A stretch of 64,000 bases of DNA, taken from Candidatus Saccharimonadales bacterium (GTDB lineage Bacteria > Patescibacteriota > Saccharimonadia > Saccharimonadales > JACQNP01). The position numbers were made by a program, and so were the translations under genes. The stretch is taken from contig JBBSJL010000001.1 of assembly GCA_038257245.1 (NCBI GenBank), forward strand, positions 23,776 to 87,775, given 5' to 3'. The notes below the pieces were generated by a model that had not been told where the DNA came from, did not search any database, and saw nothing but the letters and a program-made list of their open reading frames with translations. Shown here piece after piece: positions 1 to 9,634 of the stretch. Each line of letters begins with the position of its first letter. Within the stretch, counting starts at the first letter, position 1.

Positions 1-2
1 TG

Positions 3-101
3 ATTGCCGTTCTTGGGGGCTTGTCTGGTCTTTCTGGCTGGGTAAGATTCTTAATTAAAAAGATAAAGAATATTGGGGATGACGATTCCTACATAAGTTA
101 G
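3..101 (+). CDS. 3' end of an upstream gene (partial; hydrophobic C-terminus ...IAVLGGLSGLSGWVRFLIKK...)
   Basis: Frame 3 is open from the window edge to TAG at 99-101. Only about 33 codons are visible and no family was recognised. Confidence 0.2.
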   Translation: MAVLGGLSGLSGWVRFLIKKIKNIGDDDSYIS

Positions 102-132
102 TATCCATCCAAGCTGTTATAATAGCTGAGAA

Positions 133-1212
133 ATGCTGGTAATTATAAAAAAAGTAAATGAACTTGACACAGAAGTGGCAGACGTTATGAGACGTCTGGA
201 CATTGAAGCCCTAAAACAAGAAGCAGAAGAACTAAAAATTCAGTCGCTCGGACAAGAGTTTTGGGCAGATAATATTAAAGCCCAAGAAGTCATGAAGAAG
301 ATTAGTAAGTTGGAATCTAGAATTCAACCATGGATTGAAATTGAAACTGAGCTTAGTGAGGTCAAAGAGCTCGCACAACTAAATGACGACAGCATTTCAC
401 CAGATCTTAAAAAACAATTAGCAAACATAAATAAAAAGCTTTTGGCATTAAAAAAAGAACTACAGTTTTCTGGTAAGTATGATGACCATGATGTAATTCT
501 AAGCATACATGCTGGGGCAGGCGGTACGGATGCCCAAGATTGGGCTCAAATGTTAATGCGTATGTATGTACGGTGGGCTGAATCGCATAATTACAAAGTC
601 ATTATGATAGATGAATCCTCTGGGGACGAGGCAGGTATAAAAAGTGTAACTTTGGAAATCGAAGGTAAATTTGTATTCGGTAAGCTTCAATATGAACATG
701 GGGTACATCGTTTAGTTAGGCTAAGTCCGTTTAACTCAGATAATCTACGCCAAACAAGTTTTGCGAAAGTAGAAATCATGCCAAAGGTGGATACACCCAA
801 CGAAGTCGAAATTGATGAAGGTGATCTAAAAATAGATGTGTATAGAAGTGGTGGTAAAGGAGGACAGTCTGTAAATACAACTGATTCGGCGGTGAGGGTA
901 ACCCATATACCAACAAAAACAGTAGTTGCGATTCAAAACGAACGTAGTCAAATTCAAAACAAAGAAACTGCTATGACAATATTGCGTTCGAGACTTGCTC
1001 AATTACAGATAGAACAGCATGCTGAAAAAGTATCAGAGCTAAAAGGTCCGAATCAATCAGCTGAGTGGGGCAACCAAATCCGTAGCTACGTACTACACCC
1101 GTATAAACAGGTCAAAGATCTGCGGTCTAAATACGAAACTAGCGATGCTGACGGTGTATTGGATGGCAAATTAGATGACCTAATTAATGCTAATCTAGAG
1201 AATAACCTTTAG
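133..1212 (+). CDS. prfB: Peptide chain release factor 2
   Basis: GGQ motif (SGGKGGQSVNTTDSAVRVTHIPT) and SPF tripeptide (LSPFNSD). Aligns along its length with E. coli RF2. There is an in-frame stop at 127-129 and no CTT-TGA-C shift site, so it is a single-frame ORF. Confidence 0.9.
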   Translation: MLVIIKKVNELDTEVADVMRRLDIEALKQEAEELKIQSLGQEFWADNIKAQEVMKKISKLESRIQPWIEIETELSEVKELAQLNDDSISPDLKKQLANINKKLLALKKELQFSGKYDDHDVILSIHAGAGGTDAQDWAQMLMRMYVRWAESHNYKVIMIDESSGDEAGIKSVTLEIEGKFVFGKLQYEHGVHRLVRLSPFNSDNLRQTSFAKVEIMPKVDTPNEVEIDEGDLKIDVYRSGGKGGQSVNTTDSAVRVTHIPTKTVVAIQNERSQIQNKETAMTILRSRLAQLQIEQHAEKVSELKGPNQSAEWGNQIRSYVLHPYKQVKDLRSKYETSDADGVLDGKLDDLINANLENNL

Positions 1213-1234
1213 CTATTTGCTATAATAAAGACAT

Positions 1235-1915
1235 ATGATACTTCTGGATAGAGTTACAAAATCATACAGCCGCAGCGGTGCCGCTTTGGATCGAATAAGT
1301 TTGCATATTGAACCAAAAGAATTCGTTATTATTATTGGTAAAAGCGGAGCAGGTAAATCGACGCTACTAAAACTTTTAACCAGAGAAGAGAGACCAACTA
1401 GCGGCAAAATCGTGGTTGGTGGTGTGGATTACGACAAATTGAAAGATCGTGACATACCGCTATTAAGGCGAAAAATTGGGGTTGTTTTCCAAGACTTTAA
1501 ACTTCTTCCTAACAAGAATGTATTTGAAAACGTAGCGTTCGCATTGGAAATTGTCGGATATGGTAACAAAGAAATAAATCATACCGTGCCAAGGGTATTA
1601 GATATAGTAGGGTTAAAAGGCAAAGAAAAGCGTATGCCCTTGGAATTATCAGGTGGTGAGCGCCAACGGGTGGCTATTGCCAGGGCAATAGTACGCCAGC
1701 CAAAAATTCTTATTGCCGATGAGCCAACAGGCAATCTAGATCCAAAACATGCATGGGATGTAATTAAGGTGCTAGAAAAAATTAACCGCTATGGCACCAC
1801 TGTCCTTCTAACTACCCATAATCAGGATATCGTCAATAAGCTTAAACGCAGAGTCGTAGTTATAAATGACGGCAAAATCGAAAGCGATAGAGCTAACGCG
1901 GAGTACAAACACTAA
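1235..1915 (+). CDS. ftsE: Cell division ABC transporter ATPase FtsE
   Basis: Walker A GKSGAGKST, ABC signature LSGGERQRVAIARA, Walker B ILIADEPTG. Followed by an ftsX-like permease. Confidence 0.9.
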   Translation: MILLDRVTKSYSRSGAALDRISLHIEPKEFVIIIGKSGAGKSTLLKLLTREERPTSGKIVVGGVDYDKLKDRDIPLLRRKIGVVFQDFKLLPNKNVFENVAFALEIVGYGNKEINHTVPRVLDIVGLKGKEKRMPLELSGGERQRVAIARAIVRQPKILIADEPTGNLDPKHAWDVIKVLEKINRYGTTVLLTTHNQDIVNKLKRRVVVINDGKIESDRANAEYKH

Positions 1916-2859
1916 TGAGACGCAAGTTCATTACATTCACCAGAATTATTCGTGCAGGGCTGCAGAATTTTGCTAGAAACCTGACACTGGGGATAGCCGC
2001 TATGGCCGTAATGGTTATTACTCTAACAATAGTGTTGTTTTCAGTAATAGTTAATGAAACATTTGTTCATACAGTACAGCAAATAACAGATAGGATTGAT
2101 ATATCTGTTTATCTTGTTGATGATATCAAAAATGATCAATTAGATAATCTTATCAATGACCTAAAGTCTGACAAAAATGTTAAATCCGTAGAATATATTT
2201 CTAAAGATCAAGCATTAGAAATCTACAAGCAGCAGAATGTTGATAATGTAGATCTTCTGGTAGCTATATCACAAACCGATAATCCACTACCAGCCAGCTT
2301 ACAGATAAAACCAGTAGACCCCAACCAGATCGAACCGATTAAACAATTTTTAGAACAACCAGAAATTGCAAAATTACAGTCTGACGAAACATCCTATTCG
2401 GGTGACAGGAAAGACGCAATCGACAAAATTTCACAAGCCACGAAGTTTTTTAGAGAAGCTGGGTTTGTAGGCATAGTAGTTTTTATGATGGTATCAATAC
2501 TAATAATTTTCAACACAATCAAGATGGCAATATTTAATCGTCGTGAAGAACTAACCATAATGCGATTACTCGGTGCTAGCACTACTTATATACGTGGTCC
2601 ATTTATAATTGAAACAATTGTTTACGGTATTATTGCAGGAGTGGTGTCTGTTTCTCTAGTTAGTGCTATGTTCGCAGTATCTGCTTCGGCTTTCGATGCC
2701 AGTAGCCTAGGTCTACTAGATATTAAGTTTGCTAATGATTATTTTGCCAAAGGGTTCTGGGTTATTATTAGCGCCCAGATTGGAATAGGTATACTAATAG
2801 GATCATTTTCTTCACTAATTGCTACACGACGATATCTAAAGTTTAAATCCCCAAAGTAA
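1915..2859 (+). CDS. ftsX: Cell division permease FtsX
   Basis: Start overlaps the ftsE stop (ATGA). One N-terminal TM, a large extracytoplasmic loop and three C-terminal TMs (FtsX topology). Confidence 0.85.
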   Translation: MRRKFITFTRIIRAGLQNFARNLTLGIAAMAVMVITLTIVLFSVIVNETFVHTVQQITDRIDISVYLVDDIKNDQLDNLINDLKSDKNVKSVEYISKDQALEIYKQQNVDNVDLLVAISQTDNPLPASLQIKPVDPNQIEPIKQFLEQPEIAKLQSDETSYSGDRKDAIDKISQATKFFREAGFVGIVVFMMVSILIIFNTIKMAIFNRREELTIMRLLGASTTYIRGPFIIETIVYGIIAGVVSVSLVSAMFAVSASAFDASSLGLLDIKFANDYFAKGFWVIISAQIGIGILIGSFSSLIATRRYLKFKSPK

Positions 2860-2884
2860 GCAATAATAACAGGGGTGATAACGC

Positions 2885-4114
2885 TTGCAAATAGTTGTAA
2901 TCTGTGCTAGTATTAAAAAGCTTATGATAAAACAAAAAACTACAAATATACTTAAGATGACGAAACTGCGGTTTACGCCTCTGGTTGTGAGTTTAATTTT
3001 TTTTGCTGGGCTTGCGGTACCAATTTATGTTTACGCCGATACTTTTGATGAACAAATAAGTAAACTTCGAAATGATAACGACAACAAGAAAGAACAAGTT
3101 AATAGCCTCGCGGTAGAGGCCGGCAACATTCAGGAAACTATTGTTAAACTCCAGCAGCAAATTGATGGTTTGCAATCGCAAATAGTTAAAAATAATGCCA
3201 AAAATGAACAACTAGCGAAAGAAATAAAGGCAGCACAGATAGAGTTAGAAAAACAGAAGAATTTGTTAGGCCAAAATATCAAAGCGATGTATCTTGAAGG
3301 CAAAATAACCCCCCTAGAGATGCTGGCCTCCAGTAAAGACCTTAGCGAGTTTGTTGATAAGGAACAGTATCGTGATGCAGTAAAATCCAAGATTAAAAGC
3401 TCGTTAGATAAAGTTACAGAACTTAAGGCAACCCTTAAGTCACAGAAAGAAGATGTCGAAAAATTATTAAGAGAACAAGAATCACTTAAGAAACAAATTG
3501 GATCCCAGCAAACCCAGCAGAACAGACTTCTTGGGCTTAATCAATCTGAGCAAAACAAAGTCAATTCCGACATTGAAGCTAATAAGGAAAAAATCAATGA
3601 TTTAAGACAACAGCAGATAATTGAAAACCTAAAGATATTTGGTGGTGGTGTCCAGCCGGGTATTGCTGGTGGTGGTGGTTATCCTTGGGGTAATGCATAC
3701 TGTGTTTATACTAACCAAGTCGGGGGACCATGCTTTAATTATGATTGGTATTTTAATGGTTCTGCTTGGGATAGCTGGGGCTACGGTTTTAGAAACTGTA
3801 CCAGTTGGGTAGCATTTAAACTAGCGGCTTCAGGTAAAGTTGGGTTTACATACCTTGGTAACGCCGCAAACTGGCCAAGTAACGCTGCAGCCAGAGGCAT
3901 TCCTGTAACTTATGGCTCAGGAGCACAAGTCGGCAATGCTGCCGTAAACCCTAATGGATATTATGGACATGTTATGTATGTAGAAGCAATAACACCAGAC
4001 GGTAAAGTTGTAGTTAGTGACTATAATCGAACGGGGGATGGTTACTATAGAGGACCCGACAGCGGTAGTGCTGCCGTACTAGATCAATCAGGGCTAGTCT
4101 TCATACATTTTTAA
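2885..4114 (+). CDS. Secreted coiled-coil + CHAP-domain peptidoglycan hydrolase (PcsB-like, likely FtsEX partner); true start probably at the internal Met at 2957
   Basis: Signal peptide (MTKLRFTPLVVSLIFFAGLAVPIYVYA), about 200 aa heptad-rich Q/K/E coiled coil, Gly-rich linker, C-terminal CHAP-like domain with Cys (GNAYCVYTN) and His (YYGHVMYVEAI). Sits immediately downstream of ftsEX. Confidence 0.7.
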   Translation: MQIVVICASIKKLMIKQKTTNILKMTKLRFTPLVVSLIFFAGLAVPIYVYADTFDEQISKLRNDNDNKKEQVNSLAVEAGNIQETIVKLQQQIDGLQSQIVKNNAKNEQLAKEIKAAQIELEKQKNLLGQNIKAMYLEGKITPLEMLASSKDLSEFVDKEQYRDAVKSKIKSSLDKVTELKATLKSQKEDVEKLLREQESLKKQIGSQQTQQNRLLGLNQSEQNKVNSDIEANKEKINDLRQQQIIENLKIFGGGVQPGIAGGGGYPWGNAYCVYTNQVGGPCFNYDWYFNGSAWDSWGYGFRNCTSWVAFKLAASGKVGFTYLGNAANWPSNAAARGIPVTYGSGAQVGNAAVNPNGYYGHVMYVEAITPDGKVVVSDYNRTGDGYYRGPDSGSAAVLDQSGLVFIHF

Positions 4115-4184
4115 AAAGTTAATTCACAGTTGTTTTTCAGTTTTGTGAGATAATGTAGCATAGAATATTTATTACGGAGGCAAA

Positions 4185-5405
4185 GTGTACAAAGAAATAG
4201 AAACTAAATCTGAAAAAAAATCTACATTAATAAAAACTATTGGGTTAACGTTTGCGTTTGCCTTGGTTTTTATTTTTGGACTTAATATTGGCAACGGGAA
4301 AATCAGGGCAGGTGATAGTCTAAAACTTGTTCAAAACAATTCAAATGGTAGTCTTCCAGCTGATCTTGATTATTCGTCAGTAGAATCCCTGTATGATTCA
4401 TTAAAGAAAACTTACGATGGTGATCTTGAGGAAACAAAGCTAATGGATGGTATAAAAAAGGGTCTTGTTGAAGCTTCCGGCGATAAATATACAGAATACC
4501 TAACAACCAAAGAATCTCAGGAATTTGAAGAAAGTCTTAATGGTACTTTTAGCGGTATTGGGGCAGAGCTAAGTAAAGAAGAGAATGCTATTGTAATTGT
4601 CGCACCTATTTCTGGTTTCCCAGCTGAAGAGGCTGGGCTTAGAGCAAAAGACGTTATTATAAAAATAAATGATGAAAACGCATTAGACATATCAGTGTCA
4701 GAAGCCGTTACAAAAATTCGCGGACCAGAGGGAACGAACGTAAAGCTTACAATAGTGCGTGATAGTAAGGAAGAATTAGAGTTTGATATAACTCGTCAAC
4801 AAATAAAAATACCGAGTGTCGAATTCGAAGTCACTGACGATATCGGATATATAAAAATAAGTCGTTTTGCAGAAGATACTGAACAGTTAGCACAAAAGGC
4901 TGCCGAGGAGTTTAAGGCTAACAATGTTGTTGGAATTGTATTGGACCTTCGTAATGACCCAGGCGGCTTACTGGATGCTTCGGTAGATGTCTCTAGTCTT
5001 TGGTTGGACAGAGACAAAGTAGTACTAGAAGAAAAAAGAGGTGGCGAGACGATAAAGACATACAGGTCTAAGGGCGGAAACATTCTTGGTGGAATACCAA
5101 CAGTAGTTTTGATAAATGAAGGTAGTGCCAGCGCAAGCGAAATTACTGCAGGAGCTTTAAGAGATCACGGTGTAGCCATACTAATGGGGCAAAAGTCATT
5201 TGGTAAGGGAAGTGTTCAGCAGGTCACCCCGCTAAATGCTGGGGGCACTCTCAAGGTTACAATCGCCAAATGGTTTACACCTAATGGCAGGAACATAAAT
5301 GAAGAAGGTATAGAGCCAGATCAAAAAGTCGAGATTACTGACGAAAATCTAAAGAACAAACAAGATCCTCAAAAAGACGCTGCATTCGGGTATTTAAAAA
5401 AGTAA
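4185..5405 (+). CDS. ctpA: C-terminal processing (tail-specific) peptidase, S41 family with PDZ domain
   Basis: PDZ segment (GIGAELS...PISGFPAEEAGLRAKDVIIKIND) and S41 core (VVLINEGSASASEITAGALRDHGVAILMGQKSFGKGSVQ). GTG start with GGAGG RBS. Confidence 0.85.
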   Translation: MYKEIETKSEKKSTLIKTIGLTFAFALVFIFGLNIGNGKIRAGDSLKLVQNNSNGSLPADLDYSSVESLYDSLKKTYDGDLEETKLMDGIKKGLVEASGDKYTEYLTTKESQEFEESLNGTFSGIGAELSKEENAIVIVAPISGFPAEEAGLRAKDVIIKINDENALDISVSEAVTKIRGPEGTNVKLTIVRDSKEELEFDITRQQIKIPSVEFEVTDDIGYIKISRFAEDTEQLAQKAAEEFKANNVVGIVLDLRNDPGGLLDASVDVSSLWLDRDKVVLEEKRGGETIKTYRSKGGNILGGIPTVVLINEGSASASEITAGALRDHGVAILMGQKSFGKGSVQQVTPLNAGGTLKVTIAKWFTPNGRNINEEGIEPDQKVEITDENLKNKQDPQKDAAFGYLKK

Positions 5406-5501
5406 CAATATACTAAATAAAATGTTGTGAAAGAGGTAAACCTTATTCCATCCTCGGCATTGTTGTGGTAGTATTTCTTAGTAATAAGAGGTAATAGGTA
5501 G

Positions 5502-7106
5502 GTGGCCAAGCCAACAAAATACGTGTTTGTAACAGGTGGTGTGCTTTCTGGTTTAGGAAAGGGCATCACGGCCGCCTCAATCGGTAACCTGCTTAAAGCC
5601 CGCGGACTCAAAATAAACATTCAAAAATGTGACCCTTACCTTAATGTAGATGCTGGTATGCTAAATCCGGCAGAGCACGGAGAGTGTTTTGTTACCAAGG
5701 ATGGAGCAGAAACTGACCTTGATCTCGGGCATTACGAACGATTTTTAGATCAAGAATTGACCAAAGGTAGCTCTTTGATGAGTGGTCGAATATTATCTAA
5801 GGTAATTGACGACGAAAGAGCCGGTAAATACTCCGGCAAGACTGTTCAATTCATTCCGCATGTTACCAATGCGATCCAAGAAGAAATTATTAAAGTATCA
5901 AAAAACTATGATGTTCATATTGTTGAGATTGGCGGTACAGTTGGAGATTATGAGGGGCTTAATTTCATAGAAGCAATCAGAGAGTTGGCGTTTAAGGTGG
6001 GCAAAGAAAACTGTGCATTTGTTCATGTTGTTTATATGCCTTATCTGGGTGCTAGTCGCGAATTCAAAACCAAACCAGCGCAGAACGCCGTCAGGGAACT
6101 AAGAGGACTTGGTATTTCTCCAGATGTGTTGGTAGTGAGAAGTGAAGAGCAGTCACCCAAGGATGTAGTATCAAAACTAAGTATGTTTTCTGGAGTTGCA
6201 CCCGAAGCAATAGCGCTTTTGCCAAATGCTTCATCAATTTACGAAGTGCCACTAACGTTAGAGGACACAGGTATATCAAGTGTTATTGCTGGGAAGTTGA
6301 ACATCAAAATGTCTAGGCCAAATCTAAAGCAATGGCGAAATGTAGTTGATAGAGCTACAGCTCGTTATAGCAAACGAGTGACTATTGGTGTCGTAGCAAA
6401 ATATATGGATAACCAAGATACATATATGTCGGTGTTTGAGGCTTTGCAGTCTGCTGCTTGGTGGCAAGATACCTCTGTTTCAATTAAATGGATAGATGCC
6501 GAAAAATTGGATAAAAGTTCGAATGGAGTCAGCGATATAATAAATGAGTGCGACGGCATAGTTGTACCGGGTGGATTTGGAACACGGGCTCTTAACGGCA
6601 AGATTAAAGCAGCCCAATATTGTCTCAGGAACAATGTACCATATTTAGGGCTATGCTTGGGGTTACAGATGGGGGTAATTGCCGCAGCTCGTAACGCAGG
6701 TATTTCTGATGCTTCAACCCCAGAGCTGGGAGACAGCTCAAAGAACCTAGTAATAGACACAATGTACGGTCAAAAGGGCAAAGAAAATACTGGCGGGACT
6801 ATGAGGCTCGGTGATTACCCATGTAATATTGAAAAAGGTAGTTTAGTAGAAAAACTCTATGGGACTAAAAATATTACTGAACGACATCGCCACCGTTATG
6901 AGTGTAATAACAAATATACGGGTCAGTACGAAAAATGGGGGCTAAAAGCATCGGGGACTAGTCCAGACGGTAAATTAGTGGAAATTATAGAAGCAATTGA
7001 CCACCCATTTTTTGTTGCTAGTCAGTTCCATCCAGAGTTTAAATCACGTCCAAATAAGTCGCACCCAATGTTCGATGGATTCATAAAATCACTATTGCAA
7101 AAATAA
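5502..7106 (+). CDS. pyrG: CTP synthase
   Basis: N-terminal synthetase motif KYVFVTGGVLSGLGKG and C-terminal GATase (GLCLGLQ, HPEF). 534 aa is the typical length. Confidence 0.95.
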   Translation: MAKPTKYVFVTGGVLSGLGKGITAASIGNLLKARGLKINIQKCDPYLNVDAGMLNPAEHGECFVTKDGAETDLDLGHYERFLDQELTKGSSLMSGRILSKVIDDERAGKYSGKTVQFIPHVTNAIQEEIIKVSKNYDVHIVEIGGTVGDYEGLNFIEAIRELAFKVGKENCAFVHVVYMPYLGASREFKTKPAQNAVRELRGLGISPDVLVVRSEEQSPKDVVSKLSMFSGVAPEAIALLPNASSIYEVPLTLEDTGISSVIAGKLNIKMSRPNLKQWRNVVDRATARYSKRVTIGVVAKYMDNQDTYMSVFEALQSAAWWQDTSVSIKWIDAEKLDKSSNGVSDIINECDGIVVPGGFGTRALNGKIKAAQYCLRNNVPYLGLCLGLQMGVIAAARNAGISDASTPELGDSSKNLVIDTMYGQKGKENTGGTMRLGDYPCNIEKGSLVEKLYGTKNITERHRHRYECNNKYTGQYEKWGLKASGTSPDGKLVEIIEAIDHPFFVASQFHPEFKSRPNKSHPMFDGFIKSLLQK

Positions 7107-7130
7107 GCATTACCTGATAGCATAAGCACT

Positions 7131-7514
7131 ATGGATAACCAAAAACAAAAAAAGATTTTACTAGTAGAAGACGATGACGCACTAGCTAGTGTGTATCAAA
7201 CACGTTTACAAGCAGAAAACTTTGATATTAGGCGGGTGCCGAATGGCGAAGATGCTTTAGCTGCAACCTTAGAATACAAACCAGACCTGATTTTGCTAGA
7301 TGTAATGATGCCTAAAGTTAGTGGATTCGATGTGCTGGATATTTTACGAAATACGCCCGAAACTGCAACAGTTAAGATCATTATGCTAACAGCACTCAGC
7401 CAAGACGCAGATAAAGAGCGTGCTAAGAGCTTGGGTGTAGATGACTATTTAGTGAAATCACAAGTTGTAATCGCCGACGTTGTCGACGTTATAAAACAAC
7501 GTCTTGGAATATAG
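7131..7514 (+). CDS. Stand-alone response regulator receiver (CheY-like), orphan
   Basis: LLVEDDD, phospho-acceptor context DLILLDVMMP and a conserved T/K; no output domain. Strong paralogy with the N-terminus of the 45403-46686 regulator. Confidence 0.8.
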   Translation: MDNQKQKKILLVEDDDALASVYQTRLQAENFDIRRVPNGEDALAATLEYKPDLILLDVMMPKVSGFDVLDILRNTPETATVKIIMLTALSQDADKERAKSLGVDDYLVKSQVVIADVVDVIKQRLGI

Positions 7515-7545
7515 CTCAAAGTAAACCAGTAAAGCCATAAAATCA

Positions 7546-7569
7546 GAGCTCACAAAGGGCTCTTTTTAA
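7546..7569 (+). terminator. Putative weak intrinsic terminator after the orphan response regulator
   Basis: AGAGC-9nt-GCTCT hairpin followed by TTTTT. Confidence 0.35.
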
Positions 7570-7577
7570 TACCAGAT

Positions 7578-7606
7578 TGACAATCTGTAAAAAGTATGCT
7601 ACATTA
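7578..7606 (+). promoter_or_regulatory. Putative sigma-70-like promoter for the Fic operon
   Basis: TTGACA, 17 nt, TACATT about 25 nt upstream of the ATG at 7630. Confidence 0.3.
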
Positions 7607-7629
7607 TATATGTAATTTAAAACAAAAAA

Positions 7630-8340
7630 ATGTCAGTAATATCTAGTTCAGAATCATCATTTACGTCTAATGGTAACGAAATCGAACATTCTCGTAATGT
7701 TTTACAACTTGCAGAGTTAAAAGAAATGCTTGGTGCATACGGGTTAGAAGGTGGCAGTCCAAAAGAGAGATTAGATAGTTTGAGAAATCAAAGTAAGGAA
7801 TCACTGGCATTATTTATGACTGACCTAAATGCACGATTAAATGGTTCAGAGGGTAGTCTGGTTCATGAGGACGCTATGAAAATAGGTGATAAGCAAACCG
7901 TTGCACCAGAGGACAGATATGATTTATTTAGTTCTATAGTTGAAAAGGTTAGAAATTGTCCAGAAGATGTAAATCCAGCACGAGTGGGAGACACTTTAGC
8001 ATTGACGACAGTTTTATTACATCCTTATAAAGATGCCAATGGTCGAACCGCTAGAATGTTTGGATATATATTTCGTGATGATATTGATGGTCTAGATGGA
8101 CAAGAAGATTTTAACACTTTAGTTGAACCTCGTGATCAAGCTCGAGAGCGTGGAGGCTTTACGATTAATGGATACATACCATATGTGGGTGAAGGCACAG
8201 ACCAGTCTGATCCCACAGTGGTATCTGGATATGTTGATAAGCTACTTGCGAGTAATGACACAAGTTTGTACACCAGTCCTTATGGACAAGCTGAGCTAAT
8301 CAAGCCACCCGACAATATTCTGCAAGGTGGAGCTGAATAA
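7630..8340 (+). CDS. Fic/Doc (Fido) family protein
   Basis: Core motif HPYKDANGRTARM matches the Fic signature HxFx(D/E)(G/A)NGRxxR. No signal peptide or TM. Confidence 0.7.
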   Translation: MSVISSSESSFTSNGNEIEHSRNVLQLAELKEMLGAYGLEGGSPKERLDSLRNQSKESLALFMTDLNARLNGSEGSLVHEDAMKIGDKQTVAPEDRYDLFSSIVEKVRNCPEDVNPARVGDTLALTTVLLHPYKDANGRTARMFGYIFRDDIDGLDGQEDFNTLVEPRDQARERGGFTINGYIPYVGEGTDQSDPTVVSGYVDKLLASNDTSLYTSPYGQAELIKPPDNILQGGAE

Positions 8341-9332
8341 TGAACCACGAAGTAGTTAGCCTACACGAGGCAGAACATGGTCCTGAAACACAATTGCCAG
8401 CTAACGTTGAGATTATTGATGGTATGTTGACTGAAGAGTTTACTGCAAAGAGGGCAAAGTGGTTGCAAGATCAAATAGAAGGTCAGTATGACCCGCAAAT
8501 GCGACATATAGGAAAGTTGACTGACAGAATAGACCAGACAAGAGCGGAAGGCTTCAGCGCTTACGATAATCAGGATCAAGAAACATATAAAAAGAAAATA
8601 GAAATAGCAAGCCAAACAAAAGAGTATATGTATAAAACTTTTGGTGCTACGAATGTGCGGGAATTCAACAGGTACAAAGAGGCTGAATATAGACAGCAAA
8701 AAATTGGTACAATTGAGTTTTGGGGAGAAGATTCAGATAGGATATTTGATGAAATAGTTGGATGTACTGAAATAATTGACGATGGCATCGATCGTGAGTT
8801 TAGCGTGCCACCGGCTGACAGAGTCGATCCGAAACGAGAGGATTTCCAAGAATATTTAGGTAATAAAATATTTATCGACCATAGTACTTTACAAAATTAT
8901 GTAGAATCAGATACATCTATAGAGTTAGGATATAAAGAGGGTGCGGGTTATAAGATACCGTTGGCAAATATTGTATCAGCAGGAGGCTTTGATAGTTGGG
9001 CTGGTAGGGGCGTCAATGGTCGTAAAGATGGAATGGACGATAAAGATTATCAGAAAAGCTCGGGAGAACAAGTTATTGGTAGGAGTATAGATGCCATAGC
9101 GGACTACGCATTAAGGGAAACAGAAATTCCACCTATTGAAGGAGTTGATGCCTATGTTCAGCCAAATGGTATAGTAATATTTTCTGTCGGTAATTCAAAC
9201 CATAGGATTGCAGCAGCCGTAGCAAGAGGCCAAGAGTTTATCGAAGTAGATGGTATGGTCAGTATACATAAGTTGGGGCAAAATTTAGTTGAAGCCAAGC
9301 AAGATTTGGATAGTGCCGCGGTTGCAGCGTAA
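8340..9332 (+). CDS. Hypothetical protein co-transcribed with the Fic protein
   Basis: ATG overlaps the Fic stop (TAATG). 330 aa, acidic, no recognisable motif. Confidence 0.5.
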   Translation: MNHEVVSLHEAEHGPETQLPANVEIIDGMLTEEFTAKRAKWLQDQIEGQYDPQMRHIGKLTDRIDQTRAEGFSAYDNQDQETYKKKIEIASQTKEYMYKTFGATNVREFNRYKEAEYRQQKIGTIEFWGEDSDRIFDEIVGCTEIIDDGIDREFSVPPADRVDPKREDFQEYLGNKIFIDHSTLQNYVESDTSIELGYKEGAGYKIPLANIVSAGGFDSWAGRGVNGRKDGMDDKDYQKSSGEQVIGRSIDAIADYALRETEIPPIEGVDAYVQPNGIVIFSVGNSNHRIAAAVARGQEFIEVDGMVSIHKLGQNLVEAKQDLDSAAVAA

Positions 9333-9358
9333 ATTGCATGACAATAGTTTTCTAAAAT

Positions 9359-9631
9359 TTAGTCTACTGTTACTTCGGTGCGGGCAACAGATTTGCCGCT
9401 AAAAAGTCGGACGCGTCTTTGGTTGAAGTTTACAATTCCATCTTTTTTGGCATGAATTGTATAGTTACGGCTCATGAATGTGCCTTTACCGGGTCGCTTA
9501 CTCATACCAGTTTGACGTATGATTACTTGACCTGTTTTTACTTTTTGGCCACCAAATAGCTTAACGCCAAGCCGTTGTCCCGGACTGTCGTGTACGTTTT
9601 TACTCGATCCACCAGCTTTAACTTTTGACAT
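9359..9631 (-). CDS. rpmA: 50S ribosomal protein L27
   Basis: Canonical L27 N-terminus (MSKVKAGGSSKN...GQRLGVK...G) at about 90 aa. Confidence 0.9.
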   Translation of the reverse strand: MSKVKAGGSSKNVHDSPGQRLGVKLFGGQKVKTGQVIIRQTGMSKRPGKGTFMSRNYTIHAKKDGIVNFNQRRVRLFSGKSVARTEVTVD

Positions 9632-9634
9632 AAA

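Noticed and set aside
324-506. Numerous short antisense or out-of-frame ORF-track entries (for example 324-506-, 2394-2582-, 3130-3390-, 6365-6760-, 12604-13044-, 38311-38620+, 39556-40152+, 43195-44074+, 45419-46612+, 49061-50133+, 52231-53397+)
   Set aside because: They lie inside strongly supported genes on the opposite strand or in another frame. They have no RBS or motif support and low-complexity or odd composition typical of shadow ORFs.
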